The notes beneath the pieces are model-generated. The model did no database searches. It saw nothing but the letters and a program-made list of their open reading frames with translations, and was not told the DNA's origin. A DNA stretch of 64,000 nt, taken from contig NC_043004.1 in the NCBI RefSeq assembly GCF_006345805.1, positions 35,650,001-35,714,000 on the forward strand, written 5' to 3'. Below, piece after piece: positions 50,155 through 62,939 of the stretch (within the stretch, counting starts at the first letter, position 1; each line of letters begins with the position of its first letter). Position numbers and translations under genes: made by a program. The DNA comes from Octopus sinensis. Lineage: Eukaryota.

Positions 50155-50368
50155 TTCAAATTTTGGCACAAGGCCAGCTATTTTGGGGCAGTGGGTAAGT
50201 CAATTACATCGACCCCAGTACACAACTGGTACTTATTTTATTGTCCTTGAAAAGATCAAAGGCAAAGTTGACCTCTGAAGAATTTGAACTCAGTACATAA
50301 AGGCAGACAAAATATCAATAAATATTTTGCCCGGTGTGTTAACAGTTCTGCCAACTCACCACCTTTAT
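50155..50368 (-). mobile_element. SINE type B
   Basis: ATTACATCGACCCCAGT..AAAGGCAAAGTTGACCTC..GAATTTGAACTCAG. Confidence 0.85.
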
Positions 50369-50416
50369 AGTGATACAGCTGTTGTATAGTGATACAGGTT
50401 TGTGTTTATATTAGCG

Positions 50417-50452
<36 letters not shown>

Positions 50453-51253
50453 ACGTTCAGAATATGTGGAAGAGGATATGTATGCATACATGCAAACACT
50501 CTAAACAAGGTATCATATGAGGAATCTTGTCCATTTTATTGTTGTTAATTCTTTTTTGTTTTTATTTTTTTCAATATAAACTTCTTCAAAATAATCTCCA
50601 AACTATTTAATTTTACCTGTCTTCTATTCTAGACTTCCAGTTAATCAATAAAAACAAAATATAAAAAAAAAAGAAAGAAAAAAATCATTTTAGTAGTTTC
50701 TCAATCAGAGAACAGAAAGTATTTCCTTCCCAGTAGGAGATGATGACTGCTTGGGTTGTATCAAATGCTATTAGGCAATTTCAACCAAGCACAAAAGTAA
50801 TTATTTTGTTGTGATTTACTTTCAAATATCATTTGCCCTACATCCACCAAGAGGATTTTCTTCTCTTTGTACTAATATAGAGAAGTGAAATATGTCTTCA
50901 AGTGGTTTCTTGTTTTATAAATTAATCACATGTCCAAACAGCAGTATACCTTGTTGATAACAACACTTGTTATTAATCTTTGATACAGTAAACGCATTGA
51001 CTGCTTCTACAATAAGAAGTACTCACTAAGGCGACAATATAGTAGTTGTTATTTTGATACTGTTGCTTTTTAGTTGTACCTAATCTCAGTAATATTGATG
51101 ATAAAGTTAATTAACTCCACCAGCATTGTTTTGTAATCACAACTACCTGATTGCAAATGAGTAATTAACCAAATTTTGGATGGAGTTGTGATATTTCAAC
51201 ACTTTTTTTTTTCAAAGGTTCATACCAATGTAAGTAAATGAAATATGAACTGA

Positions 51254-51490
51254 AGGCGGCGAGCTGGCAGAAACGTTAGCATGCTGGACGAAATGCTTAT
51301 CATTATTTCGTCTACCGCTACGTTCTGAGTTCAAATTCTGCTGAAGTCGACTTTGCCTTTCATCCTTTTGGGAGTCGATTAAATAAATACCAGTTACGCA
51401 ATGGGGTCGATATAATCGACTTAATCCGTTTGTCTGTCCTTGTTTGTCCCCTCTATGTTTAGCCCCTTGTAGGTAGTAAAGAAATAGGTA
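51254..51490 (+). mobile_element. SINE type B, well preserved
   Basis: GGCGGCGAGCTGGCAGAAACGTTAGC..TTCTGAGTTCAAATTC..AAAGAAATA; CpGs retained. Confidence 0.92.
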
Positions 51491-52851
51491 TGCCACAGTT
51501 TTGCTAACCATCTGTTCTATGGTGTTTTTTTATGACTGAACTGGAGTTTAACAAACAAACGTATATCTTCAACTGAATATGGCTACAGACAGAGGACACA
51601 CTGTGCTGGAACTTGACCCCATAGCTTGTTGCCAATCCTACCACTAAAACTTTCAAATAATTAACTTGACTTCATTTCATAAACATATGTTCATGCCAAA
51701 CCTGGTTATTTTAACTCGGCTACTGTTGATTCATTCTTGCTTACAACTGTGACATTTGGAATCTATTTTACTGATGCTGTTTTTACGAGAAGTTGACTGT
51801 TTCCCCCAGTTAGTGCCATTGCTGTTCTTTAATTACATAAACAGATTGTGGGGATTATAATTTTTCCTATTTAACTGACAACTATATACATTTACATTTT
51901 ATGATCTCTATATAAAATAATTAGCCAATTAATTGATATTTGAGATATGATTGATCAAGCATATATTTGCATATTTTAACTAAACACATTATTGTTTCTT
52001 TCTGCCAGTATTTTCTCCATTGATTTTGTCACTCTGTTGAAACCATCATTATTAACATTCAACATAATCCTAATTTTAACATCTGCATCTTCATGTTAAG
52101 ATGGTTTGGACAAGGCCATAAACTTCCATATATTATCATTGGGAAAATAATTTGATATGATCTTCTGTATATTAATTTTGACTTATTTCACAACTGGACA
52201 CTTTGCTGTTTCCAACTGCTAACAGACAAGGTGTATTTGATATGGTACTGCAAGTAGAAAGGTTACTTTGAGATATTCCAAACCAATTTATTTTGGAGTA
52301 GCTGTTCCACTCTCTCTGTGGTACCTTCATTATGGTTACCAAAAACTACATTTCTTGTGGCTGTAGATGTTGGACAGTGCAGAAATAAATAGTGACTAGT
52401 TGCTTAGATTGCAGTTCTTTAGAATGAAGAGTTAACTTAGAATCCATTTAATATCCATGTTATCTGTGAATGTATATGGTATCACATTTGACAGGAAGAT
52501 GGTAACTGAAATGCAAATAATACTTGAGTGAAGTAAAAGGAAATTTTTAAAACTGTAGCTACATCTCACACTCTAACACTGATATTTTGACAAGATTAGT
52601 ATGGCATTTTCTTATGTTTCTTTGATTTTTGTCTATGATGCATACAAGTAAAAGAAAAATATATACAAGAAAACAGCATGGAACAAAAAAAAGAAGAATT
52701 GAAGTTAAACACCCTCATTTAATCTCTCCAAACACAATCACACATACACATATTTCCAAGCATTTACACACATGGTTTTACATACACACACACACAGCCT
52801 CTCTTTCTCTCTCTCTCTCTCTCTGTCTCTCACACACACACAGCCTCTCTT

Positions 52852-52886
<35 letters not shown>

Positions 52887-53268
52887 AACAAAGGTGATCG
52901 CGATTCTTATCACTTGGAAATGTTGTTGAATAACAATGTTATTTACAAGTGTTGTTTGAAGAAATCTTTTTATCAACAGCCACACTTCCTCATCAGTTAT
53001 TGCTTCACCAACAACCTATCAATGCACAGCAATCTTACAAATTTCCGACAGACATTTTCTTCTTTTAGATTTCTATCAATTCTTTATTTTTTTTTTTATA
53101 TGTATTTTCTGCTTTCATTTCAAGAAATTTTTGTTGTAGTTTTGTCTTGTTGTTTTGTTTTCATGTAAAATTTTTGTGGTGATAGTTGTTGATTTCTCAT
53201 TATTACTATTAAATTACCACAAAATTTGGCATCAACATTGGTATTATCATCATTATTATTAGTAGTAT

Positions 53269-53300
<32 letters not shown>

Positions 53301-53537
53301 GAGTGGTGAATTCAACAAAGTACCTCATGGTATTAGTTGAAATATTTTTACATTCTAAGTACAACTCCCACTGAAGTTGACTGTCTTTCATACAATTACT
53401 ACTACTGCTACTACTATTACTATAAGTACCACTGCTACTGCTGCTGCTTCTCCTACTCTTGGCTGATTGTCCAGTGCACAACTGGCTTCCTCATCATTAT
53501 ACACACACATTATATATGTGGGAGGATTAGAAAGAAA

Positions 53538-53569
<32 letters not shown>

Positions 53570-53644
53570 CAGGGTGAGACAAGTCTATACTATTTTCTGA
53601 CATTTAAATATTGATTTCTGAGATTAGGCAAAGGGCAAGAAAAA

Positions 53645-54030
53645 CTGGCTTCAAATTTTGGCACAAGGCCAGCAATTTCAAAGGAGGCAGCTAGTGGATT
53701 ACATTAACCCCAGTGCTCAACTGGTACCTGTCTTATCAACTTCAAAGGGTGAAAGGTAAAGCCAACCCCAGCAGAATTTGAACTCAGAATGTAAAGACAG
53801 ATGAAATGCTTTGCAGCATTTTGGCCGGCATGGTAATGATTCAGCCAGCTGACCACCATAAAAGGCACAAAATACTACAGGGAGGATTTAGTTGATTATT
53901 TCAAACCCCCAATGTATAACAGGTACTTATTTTATCATTGACTGAAGGAGAAAGTTTACTCCAGTGGGATTTGAACTCAGAGCATAAATCAATGCAGGTA
54001 AATACTATAAGGTATTTTTATCAATCACTA
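53645..54030 (-). mobile_element. Two tandem degenerate SINE type B copies
   Basis: The ATTTGAACTCAG core occurs at ~53776 and ~53969. Confidence 0.75.
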
Positions 54031-54633
54031 CCAGGTATCAATAGCAATAGGCTCAGAGAGCAACGTATTGAAGCTGACATGTTTAGGTTTGGAACGGTTA
54101 AAACAAATTCTTGCTTGACATTAGAAGATAACTAAAAGCATTGATAACAGGAGAAAAAAAAAAAACAAAGACAACCAATGACAGAACCCTGGCCTAAATA
54201 AAAATCATCAGACCCATTCAGGTGGATATAAAACACATAATAATGATGGTGACGATGATGATAATGATGATGTGATGGCAATGAGAGTTGGTGGTGGTGA
54301 TGGTGGAGGTGATGGCAGTAGTGGTGGTGGTGGTGATCATCATCATGATCAGGATATGGGATGGTGACATAGTGATAGTGATTATGATGATAATGGTGAT
54401 GGTGGTGGTGCCAGTGGTGATGAGGTGAAAGAGGATATCAAAGCTACGATGTTATTTTCATCCCAGACTGCAGTATATCTTTCAATGAACAGGTTGTTAT
54501 CATCGTATATATGTCAAAGATCAACAAGTGTACAGATTTATACAAGCTTAAATATGATTGAGCAGACAAAGATATTTCTGTTATTTTCCTGACGTTTTCC
54601 TTTGGTTTAATAAGTTAAATTTGAAACACTAAC

Positions 54634-54641
54634 CTTCTCAT
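54634..54641 (-). CDS. Candidate first coding exon ATG-AGA-AG (Met-Arg-phase 2)
   Basis: Donor AAG|GTTAGT; purine at -3; in-frame TAA 9 nt upstream; AG plus A from the 33937 exon gives Arg. An upstream out-of-frame ATG at 54699 is also open to the same donor (22 codons, phase 0). Confidence 0.3.
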
Positions 54642-54719
54642 TCCAGTTTATTTTCAAAATTAAAATTGAATTTCTTTTTGTTGTTTTTCCAAGAAACATA
54701 TCGATTTGATTTCAAAACC

Positions 54720-54900
54720 AATTCTATCAATACAAATCAGCTAAGATAGTGATATATTGTCACGGTAACTTCAATTATAGGCCGTAAAAGAGAGAGCGAG
54801 GAGAGAGAGAGAGAGAGAGCAAGGGAGAGAGAGAGCGAGAGACTTCTAACTTGCACAAACACACACAATAGTAGTGATTCTGTTGTGTAATACAATGTGT
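54720..54900 (-). promoter_or_regulatory. Possible promoter/5' UTR region with (GA)n/(TC)n tract
   Basis: Unique sequence with several CpGs and a 70-nt GA repeat directly upstream of the candidate first exon. No TSS evidence. Confidence 0.2.
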
Positions 54901-57900
54901 ATTCATCAAGTCTTTTTACCGAACTACTCTCAGTGCCCTATTCAGAGCAATATATCCATTAAATTAAAGGAAAGCAGATGACATGCTACAGATGGACAAT
55001 AGCTTTAACTTGATCTCGATAGAATGTGACATTTGTCCATCAATGATACCCATTGCTACTCATATGATACAAGTGTGTGCTTGTGTGTAAGTATATACAT
55101 TTATATGTATATGCTTACACACAATGTGTAAGTATATACATAGATGTGTGTATGTGTGTGTGTGTGTCTGTGTGTGAATAAGCATGTATAATTCATTTGC
55201 ATTTATGTTCTCCAAAATAGAGTGAATGGAAATAAAAATGAGGCAAAAATGGAAGAAGCTAATAATTTTGGAAGTAAAAGTAAGTTGCTTTTTATTGAAT
55301 CAACCTTTTTGATGTTTAGCCTTTTTTTTTTTGTTTGATGTTTAACTATTTTTATCATTGACAACTAATTGACATTCTGCTATGTCAACATACATAATGC
55401 TAAATGAAATTATTACATAGAATTCATGTTTATATTGCAAACAAATTTCCTTTGTTTTAATTCTATAACTGAATTGAAGGGTGCAATCTTTGTACTTTTA
55501 CCGAGTTAACCAGTTTTTTTTCCTTTTTTTTTTACATTTACTATTTGTTTCATTTTCTTTTTTGTCTCTTTGCTCTTTGTCGTACACTTTTATACTCTTC
55601 ACGTTGAAATAATACAAATGACATTCCACAATGTCAATATAATGGTAAATGAAATAATTTAATGCAGTTCTTGCTTTTATCCCAAAGCATCTTCCAAACA
55701 ACATTCTTCATCTTAATTTTATAAGTAAAATTAGTGAGTTTGAACTTTCTGCTTTGGTGTGCCAGTTATTTCTGGAAGTCATATTTGAGAAGAGAAGCAT
55801 GAGGACATGAACAAATATAAAGGGAATAGAGAGAAAATAGGTGGAGGGGAGAGGGAAGAAAAGGCAAAAAAGTGAAGAAAGTATAGGGAGGTGGTGGAGA
55901 GGAGCAAGATAAGTGTAAAGAAGTACACAAATAAAAATAAAAATGATGTGTCTTCTTAAATGTAGAGTTTCTTTTTTATATTTAAAAGGCCTTTCTTGAA
56001 GTTACCTTGCATGGAGAGAGAGTGAATAGCTACCTTTGCGTTATGGTTAGGCAGAGGAAAACTATCTACTTGATCAATAATCTGATTTACTTTCCAGAGA
56101 ATATTCAACAGTTGATCCAGGTTCTAGGTTCTTAAATTCTACACTAAACATTACATGTTTTTAGTTGTTGAGTCAATGAGCAAAGGGCATCATATATAAC
56201 TCTCTTCAGGATGTCTAAAATGGATGGAAGGGAAGAAATTATTCTTGGAATGAATACCTGACACAAATGCTTGCAACAGAGTAGATACTGCTAAAAAAAG
56301 CTTGCATGGGTCCAAGGGTGTTGTAACATGGGACGACATTAAGCTTGCTGTCTACAAACCAGAATAGTTGCTCAAATAATCACTGAAATTCCATTCATTA
56401 GGCATTGATTAACTCATGATTATTGCAGAAAACACTGCTCCAAAGCACCGTGTTGTGAGACTGAACTCAGAACCATGAAATTTACAAAGCAAACTTCTTA
56501 ACCACACATCCACACTGTAAAATCCAGCCATAATCCTGTCAGAATACATTGCTAATCTTCAAGAAGATAATAATCCAAGGATAAAGACAAATAATTATTC
56601 TGCAATGATATACAGTACTTCTACAACAAAATAATGTAATATCAATATCAGGAAAGCATCAGAGAGATTCTCAGATAGCAAAACGTGAGGACCATCAAAA
56701 TCATAGGAAACCAACAGCTTTAAATATTGATAAATATGAAGTCAACATCTTTGTTCCTCTATTCTACAGACATTGTGCTGCAATGGACAACACCAATGAT
56801 GAATACCATGGAACTTTACAGGTTGTGTTTTGGCAGAGTTGACTTTGTCTGCTATGTTTTCTTCTAAAGTCTTCTAAATTCATATGGAAATAGAGTAGAT
56901 CATTATCATATCATTATCATCGTCATCATTTAATGACCGTTTTTCCATACTGGCATGGGTTGGACTGCTGGCATAGGTTGGATGGTGTTGGTAGATATTA
57001 AAGGGAATATATATTGTTATTTTATAGGCACACAGAAATCCAGTCCATGCTGATGGAATAATATGTCCAGTCTGTAGCAATATAGAAATAGTATGGATGT
57101 TGAAAGGGAAAATATGCCAAATCTACCATCAGAAGGAATAATACCTGAAGGTTTGTCCTCTGGATAACACCTATTCATTTGATTATGTGGCAAGAATCTG
57201 CATCATCAGAGCCAAGCTGGAGCAATACAACAAAGACTCCAGCCAACATAAATATCATAACAGCTAACAGCTAATGAACAGTTCATGTGTAAACAAAATA
57301 TCGAAATACTTATATCATCATCATTGTTTAAGCATTCTCTTTTCCATGCCTGGATGAGTCAGACAGCAACTGTCATTGACAACTATCACGTGATGTTAAA
57401 ACTAAAAAGCACAAACATCTACACATCCACGCACATACATACAATAGGCTTTTTTCTGTTTCCATCGACCAAATCCACTCTCAAAGTTTTGATCAGCCCA
57501 AGGTTTTCATGGAAGTCATTGACTCAAAGTGCCACACAGTGGAACCAAACACAAAACCATATGGCTGGAAAATGAAATAAAAACATATCAAATACATTAA
57601 CAGATGAGAAGAATGTCAAAATCATAATAACCTTCAGAGGTTATTGTAAAGAATCAGTCTGCAGTTCTCTGCAAGTAGACTAAGTGAAACAGTGTGACAT
57701 GATACCATTTTCTGCACAGCACAGGTTATAGTTATATGTAATGCAAAAGTCAATATTTAAAACCACCCTCTGATTTAATCTGTAAAGATCACTACATCAG
57801 CTGAAGAGAATTTGAAAAATGTCAAAAGATTCTTTTTCAACTAATTTTAAATAATTTCAACTTATTTTCAAAGTCTTTTTTATCTCCAATAGTTTTGTTT

Positions 57901-59109
57901 GTGTTCTTTAAAAAACACTCAATGTTGGTTTCTAAATGACGCGAGCAAAGCATTTTATTCTTGGAGTAGTTGAACTGCAAAGTTGTAGTTTCACCGGGAA
58001 ACAATCAGAAGTATAAGACTTTAGATTAATTAATTATTTCAGCCCTCCCTGGGTACACTGGGGTAGCCCTAAATTCTGATTCCTAGGCATTAACTAGTCA
58101 CAATATAAATGCCCTAATGGATAAAATTCCAGTCCAAGTAACTTCCCAACGGTACTAAACTCCACAAAGGTACCAAAATAATCATTAGTTTTACTATGTG
58201 GCAATGTGAACCTTCTTATAGTCAACTGGACTGAGTCTTTAATAGTTGAGTGTCTCGACCACAAATGTAGCAGAGCACCAATAATGGAAAATAAAACAGT
58301 AACTCCTTCTCTGGCATCATTGCATTATATTTGAGGAGACCAAAATTCATGATCATTACTTTCAATATATCCTCTGAAATTATCTATTTTACACCACACC
58401 TTGGAATGACAGACGATGGAAAACTCAATAAGTGGTGTTTCTGTCTTTCTCAAGCTGACACAGTTTCAGTTACTTCAAAGTTTATATTTCACTGATCAAA
58501 TCTCACCATTAAATGTCCAAGAATTCCTAATTCTAAGAACTACATCATAACCTGAATAACAAGATCTAAAGGTTGAGGGTATTCAGAAGACAGAAGTATT
58601 ACCATTGTATCTATGTACTTCAAAGACCATAAGAAGTTTGAAATTATTTAAATCTTCATGGCTCTCTACTTAAATCTTGGTGGCTCCTACTTAAATTGTC
58701 ATTCAGATAATGTAGTTTAGAACATTCATAAAATTTTAAAGTCTTTCATAAATACAGATACTATGCCAAGTTTTTTTGTGTTATGAATGCTCAACTTCGG
58801 CTGCTTATTAATTGTATCATCAAAACATTCATTTTATCAAGTTTGCATGGATCCAACAGGATTTCATGAAGAAAATTTTCTACAACTGGGTAACATTCCT
58901 GTCACTAAACTTCACCTGTTGCCAATTAAGGTGATTTTTCCTCATGTCTGGATATGTTGCCATGGAAGATTGGAAATTAAGAACACTACTTGTCTGTCTG
59001 GCATTGACCTCATTTACAGATATCACGTAATGTCAATACAATGAGACAAAAACACACACACACACACACATACACACACACACACTTATATGCACACACA
59101 TATAAATAT

Positions 59110-59518
59110 ACTAACCAAAGTACCCGGTGTTGCTTTGAAGTTTAAAGAATGTTAACCCTTTAGAAACCAACCCAGCTGAAACCACCTCTGGCTCTGTAGT
59201 ACAAATGTCTTGTTTTCATAAGTTGTGAATTAAAATCTTCCACCAAAATCTTAGTCACAATTTGTGTTCCTAACACCAGCTTAAATATAACTAAGTTATT
59301 TTAATAAATTCCTTGTTATAGTTAAAATTAACTGAAAGAAACACAGAACGTCTCAAAATAAATACAGTAACAAAAGGGTTAAAGGAAATAAATCTATTTA
59401 TTTTGATAAGAAATCAAATTTGGTACAGATGGATACAGAGGTTGGGCCGGCCCGTGCATAGAGAAAACACACACACTGACACACATACACACACAAACAG
59501 ACAGTGAATTTTATAGAT
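59110..59518 (+). mobile_element. Short Helitron-like element (host of a piggyBac-type MITE)
   Basis: 5' ACTAACC..TACCCGGTGTTGC; 3' AAATTTGGT..GTGCATAGAGAAAACACAC..CAGACAG..ATTTTATAGAT, the same end type as 63480-63558. Confidence 0.7.
59156..59378. mobile_element. piggyBac-type MITE (223 bp)
   Basis: TTAA at 59152-59155 and 59379-59382; CCCTTT...AAAGGG termini. Confidence 0.85.
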
Positions 59519-59703
59519 ACTGTGCTTATACAGAGCAGGTAGAAAAATTGGTGTACCACTCTAACAATGGATAAATTAATGTAGGTCACTCATTATCTAT
59601 TTCAACTTTTCATGGCATACTAAAGATTAAGAGTGAAATGGAGAAAACATAAATTTGTGTTATTCCTTGACAGAACAATAGGCCATATGACTAGGGGGAA
59701 ATT

Positions 59704-62300
59704 CATCATCAGTATCATCATCATTGTTCAACATCCGCTTTAGATGCTGTCATGGGTTGAACAGTTTGACTGAGGGCTGGTGAGCCAGAAAGCTACACCA
59801 GGCTCCTATCTGATCTGGCAGAATTTCTGCAGCTGGACGCCCATCCTAACACCAATGATTGAAGGGTACTGTTAAATGGGCTGGTTATGCGACACTGGCA
59901 TAGGCCACGAGGTTATGGTCTGACTTAGTTTACCGGGTCTTCTCAAGCACTGCATATCTCCAAAGGTCTCGGTCACATGTCATTGCCTCGGTGAGGCCCA
60001 ATGTTCAGAGGTCGTGCTTCACAACCTCATTCCAGGTCTTCCTGGGTCTACCTCTTCCACAGGTTCCCTCTACTGCTAGGGTGTGGCACTTTTTCACACA
60101 GTTGTTCTCAACCATTCACAACACATGACTGTACCAGCACAGTCGTCTCTCTTACACACCACAACTGATGCTTCCTAAGTCCAACTTTTCTCTCAAGGTA
60201 CTTACACTGTCGAGTATGCACACTAACATTACACATCCAGCAGAGCATATTGGCTTTATTCCTTGTGAGCTTATGTATGTCCTCAGCAGTCACAGCCCAT
60301 GTTTCACTGCCATGTAGCATGGCTGTTCATACACATGCGACATAGTCTACCTTTTACTCTGAATGAGTCGCCCTTTGTCACCAGCAGAGGTAGCAGTTAT
60401 CTGAACTTTGCCCAGGCTATTCTTATTCTAGAAGCTACACTTTCAGAGCACCCACCCTGCTACTGACTTGGTCACCTAGGTAATGGGAGCTATCAACTAC
60501 ATGTTGTATTTCCTCCTGGAATGTAACGGAAGCTGTTTTCTGCATGGTTTCAGTGTTTATTGCTCCTGAGCATCTGCCACATGCAAAAACTATCTTCCCG
60601 GCTAGCCTTCCTTTGATATTGCTGCACCTCTTAGGTGTCCATAGCTTACACTGGGTACATCCTATGGACATTCTACCTATGCCTTTTCTACAGATCGAGC
60701 ACCACCATCCTACCTGAAGGGATTTGTGGTTGTATGCCTTCTTATTAAGACTTTGGTTTTAGCTAGGTTGATTCTAAGGCCCTTCGATTCCAATCCTTGC
60801 TTCCACACCTGAAACTTCTCCTCTAGTTCTGATAGTGACTCAGCTATTAGAGCAAGATCATCAGCATAGAAAAGCTCCCAGGCCCAACCTGTCTTGAACT
60901 CCTCTGTTATAGCCTGGAGGACTATGATGAATAAGAGGGTGCTGAGGACTGATCCTTGGTGGACCCTACTCTACCTGGAATTCTTCAGTGTACTCGTTGC
61001 CAACCCTCACTTTACTGACAGCATCCCTGTACATGGCTTGCACAGCTCTCACTAACCACTCATCTATCCCTAGTTTCCTCATTGACCACCAGATAAAGAA
61101 TCGGGGAACACTGTCAAAGGCTTTTTCCATGTCAATGAAAGCTAGGTACAGAGGTTTACCTTTGGTTAGGTATTTCTCCTGCAGCTGTCTTACCAGAAAT
61201 ATAGCATCAGTGGTGCTTTTCCCCTGGCATGAATCCAAACTGCATCTCATCTAAACCGACTCTCTCCTTAATTAGTTGCGCTATGGCCCTCTCTGTGACC
61301 TTCATTACCTGATCCAATAACTTGATACCTCTCTAATTATTTGTATCTAATGCATCACCTTTACCTTTGTAGCAGTTGACTATTATGCTGCTACACCAGT
61401 CATTGGGCATGACTCCTTCATGTATCACCTGATTGACTATAGCTGACACTGCCAGATATTTTAAGCATCTCTCCAGTGATTCCTGATGGGCCGAGGAGCT
61501 TTCCCTGTCTTCATACCCTTAATTGTTTTATCTACAAAGGTACAGTCAATTTGGATAGCTGGTGCCTCTGTTGGATCAACATTCAGCAGACTCTCTTTCT
61601 CCCATTAATTCTCTTCATTTAGCAACCTTTCATAGTGGGGGTCTCCAATTCTCTCTTCTTGCAGCCTCATTAAATGCAAGTGAGCCGCTATCAATGTGGG
61701 TCACATTTCTCTCCTATAACATCCCGATTCTCTCTCACACACAGTTCTTCCAGTCCTTCCATGCCTGTTTCTTTTCCCTAATGGCCCTGTCAACTACACT
61801 GTTCCACCACCATGATACCTTGGGTCAAGGGGGGACTTTGCACCATCCACAAATATTGTCAGTAACCCTCAACAGATTGTCCCATAGAAACCTCCAGTTG
61901 TCTTCCACATCATGTGATGCTATATCTCCCTCTATTTCTTCAAAAGCTTTGAGTAATATGTCTCTTTGAGTAATACAGTTCTTCCAGTCCTTCCATGCCT
62001 GTTTCTTTTCCCTAATGGCCCTGTCAACTACACTGTTCCACCACCACGATACCTTGGGTCGAGGGGGTCTTTGCACCATCCACAAATCTTGTCAGTAACC
62101 CTCAACAGATTGTCCCACAGAAACCTCCAGTTGTCTTCCACATCATGTGATGCTATATCTCCCTCTATTTCTACAAAAGCTTTGAGTAATAAGTCTCTAA
62201 ATCTCTGTCTATTCACAGGATCCTTAAGCATCCAAACCCTTCTTTTCCATGCTGGTCATCTTCTGGGCATCCATTTAGCCCTAGGACCAATATCCAAGTA
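59704..62300 (-). mobile_element. 5'-truncated RTE LINE with reverse transcriptase, degenerate
   Basis: KSTTDAIFLVRQLQEKY..LYLAFIDMEKAFD..; WELFYADDL at 60857-60868; LHGSETWAVT; (GAT)n tail at ~59704-59723. Frameshifts, stops and an internal duplication. Confidence 0.95.
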
Positions 62301-62939
62301 GAAATAGCCACATTGGATTTAAATATGAAATATTGAGTGTACTCTAGCTAATTTTATTAGGTCCATTCCACAAACAATTATTTGAATAACTCATGTCGAT
62401 ATCTCTAACTTATGTCATGGGTATATTGAACTTTAAAATTTATAAAGTTTATCATATAAATTGAAAGATATCCTACAGTATCTAAGTGTGTATCTGTATG
62501 AAGACCTTTTTGCATTTTGAAATGTTACTGTCTCTTTTTCTTTAAACCTCTTGTTTCATTATCACAATTACAATGCATTTATCTTTATTTAAAAAAATAG
62601 CGGTGGGGTCATAGACATATGACAGAGAATTATTCAATATTGTGCTTACTTCTATCAGAATCATTTACATTTTAAGCAAAAAACAAAACCGACGTAAAAC
62701 ATATTTCTATTTACTTTCTCTATTCATTCACATATACTGTAGAAATTGTTGTGCATGCATGCACACACAAACACAGAAAATTTCCAAACATTTAGCTGTT
62801 CACTTTCAGTTTTAGATAATGGGATGGGGTGGCAAGAGGTGTGTTTATCAATTTTGGAGTTCTTCATAGAAAATTTGAAATTAAAATTCCATATTCTTAA
62901 TCTTCATATTTTTCACGAAGATCGAAAAAAAAAATTTGG

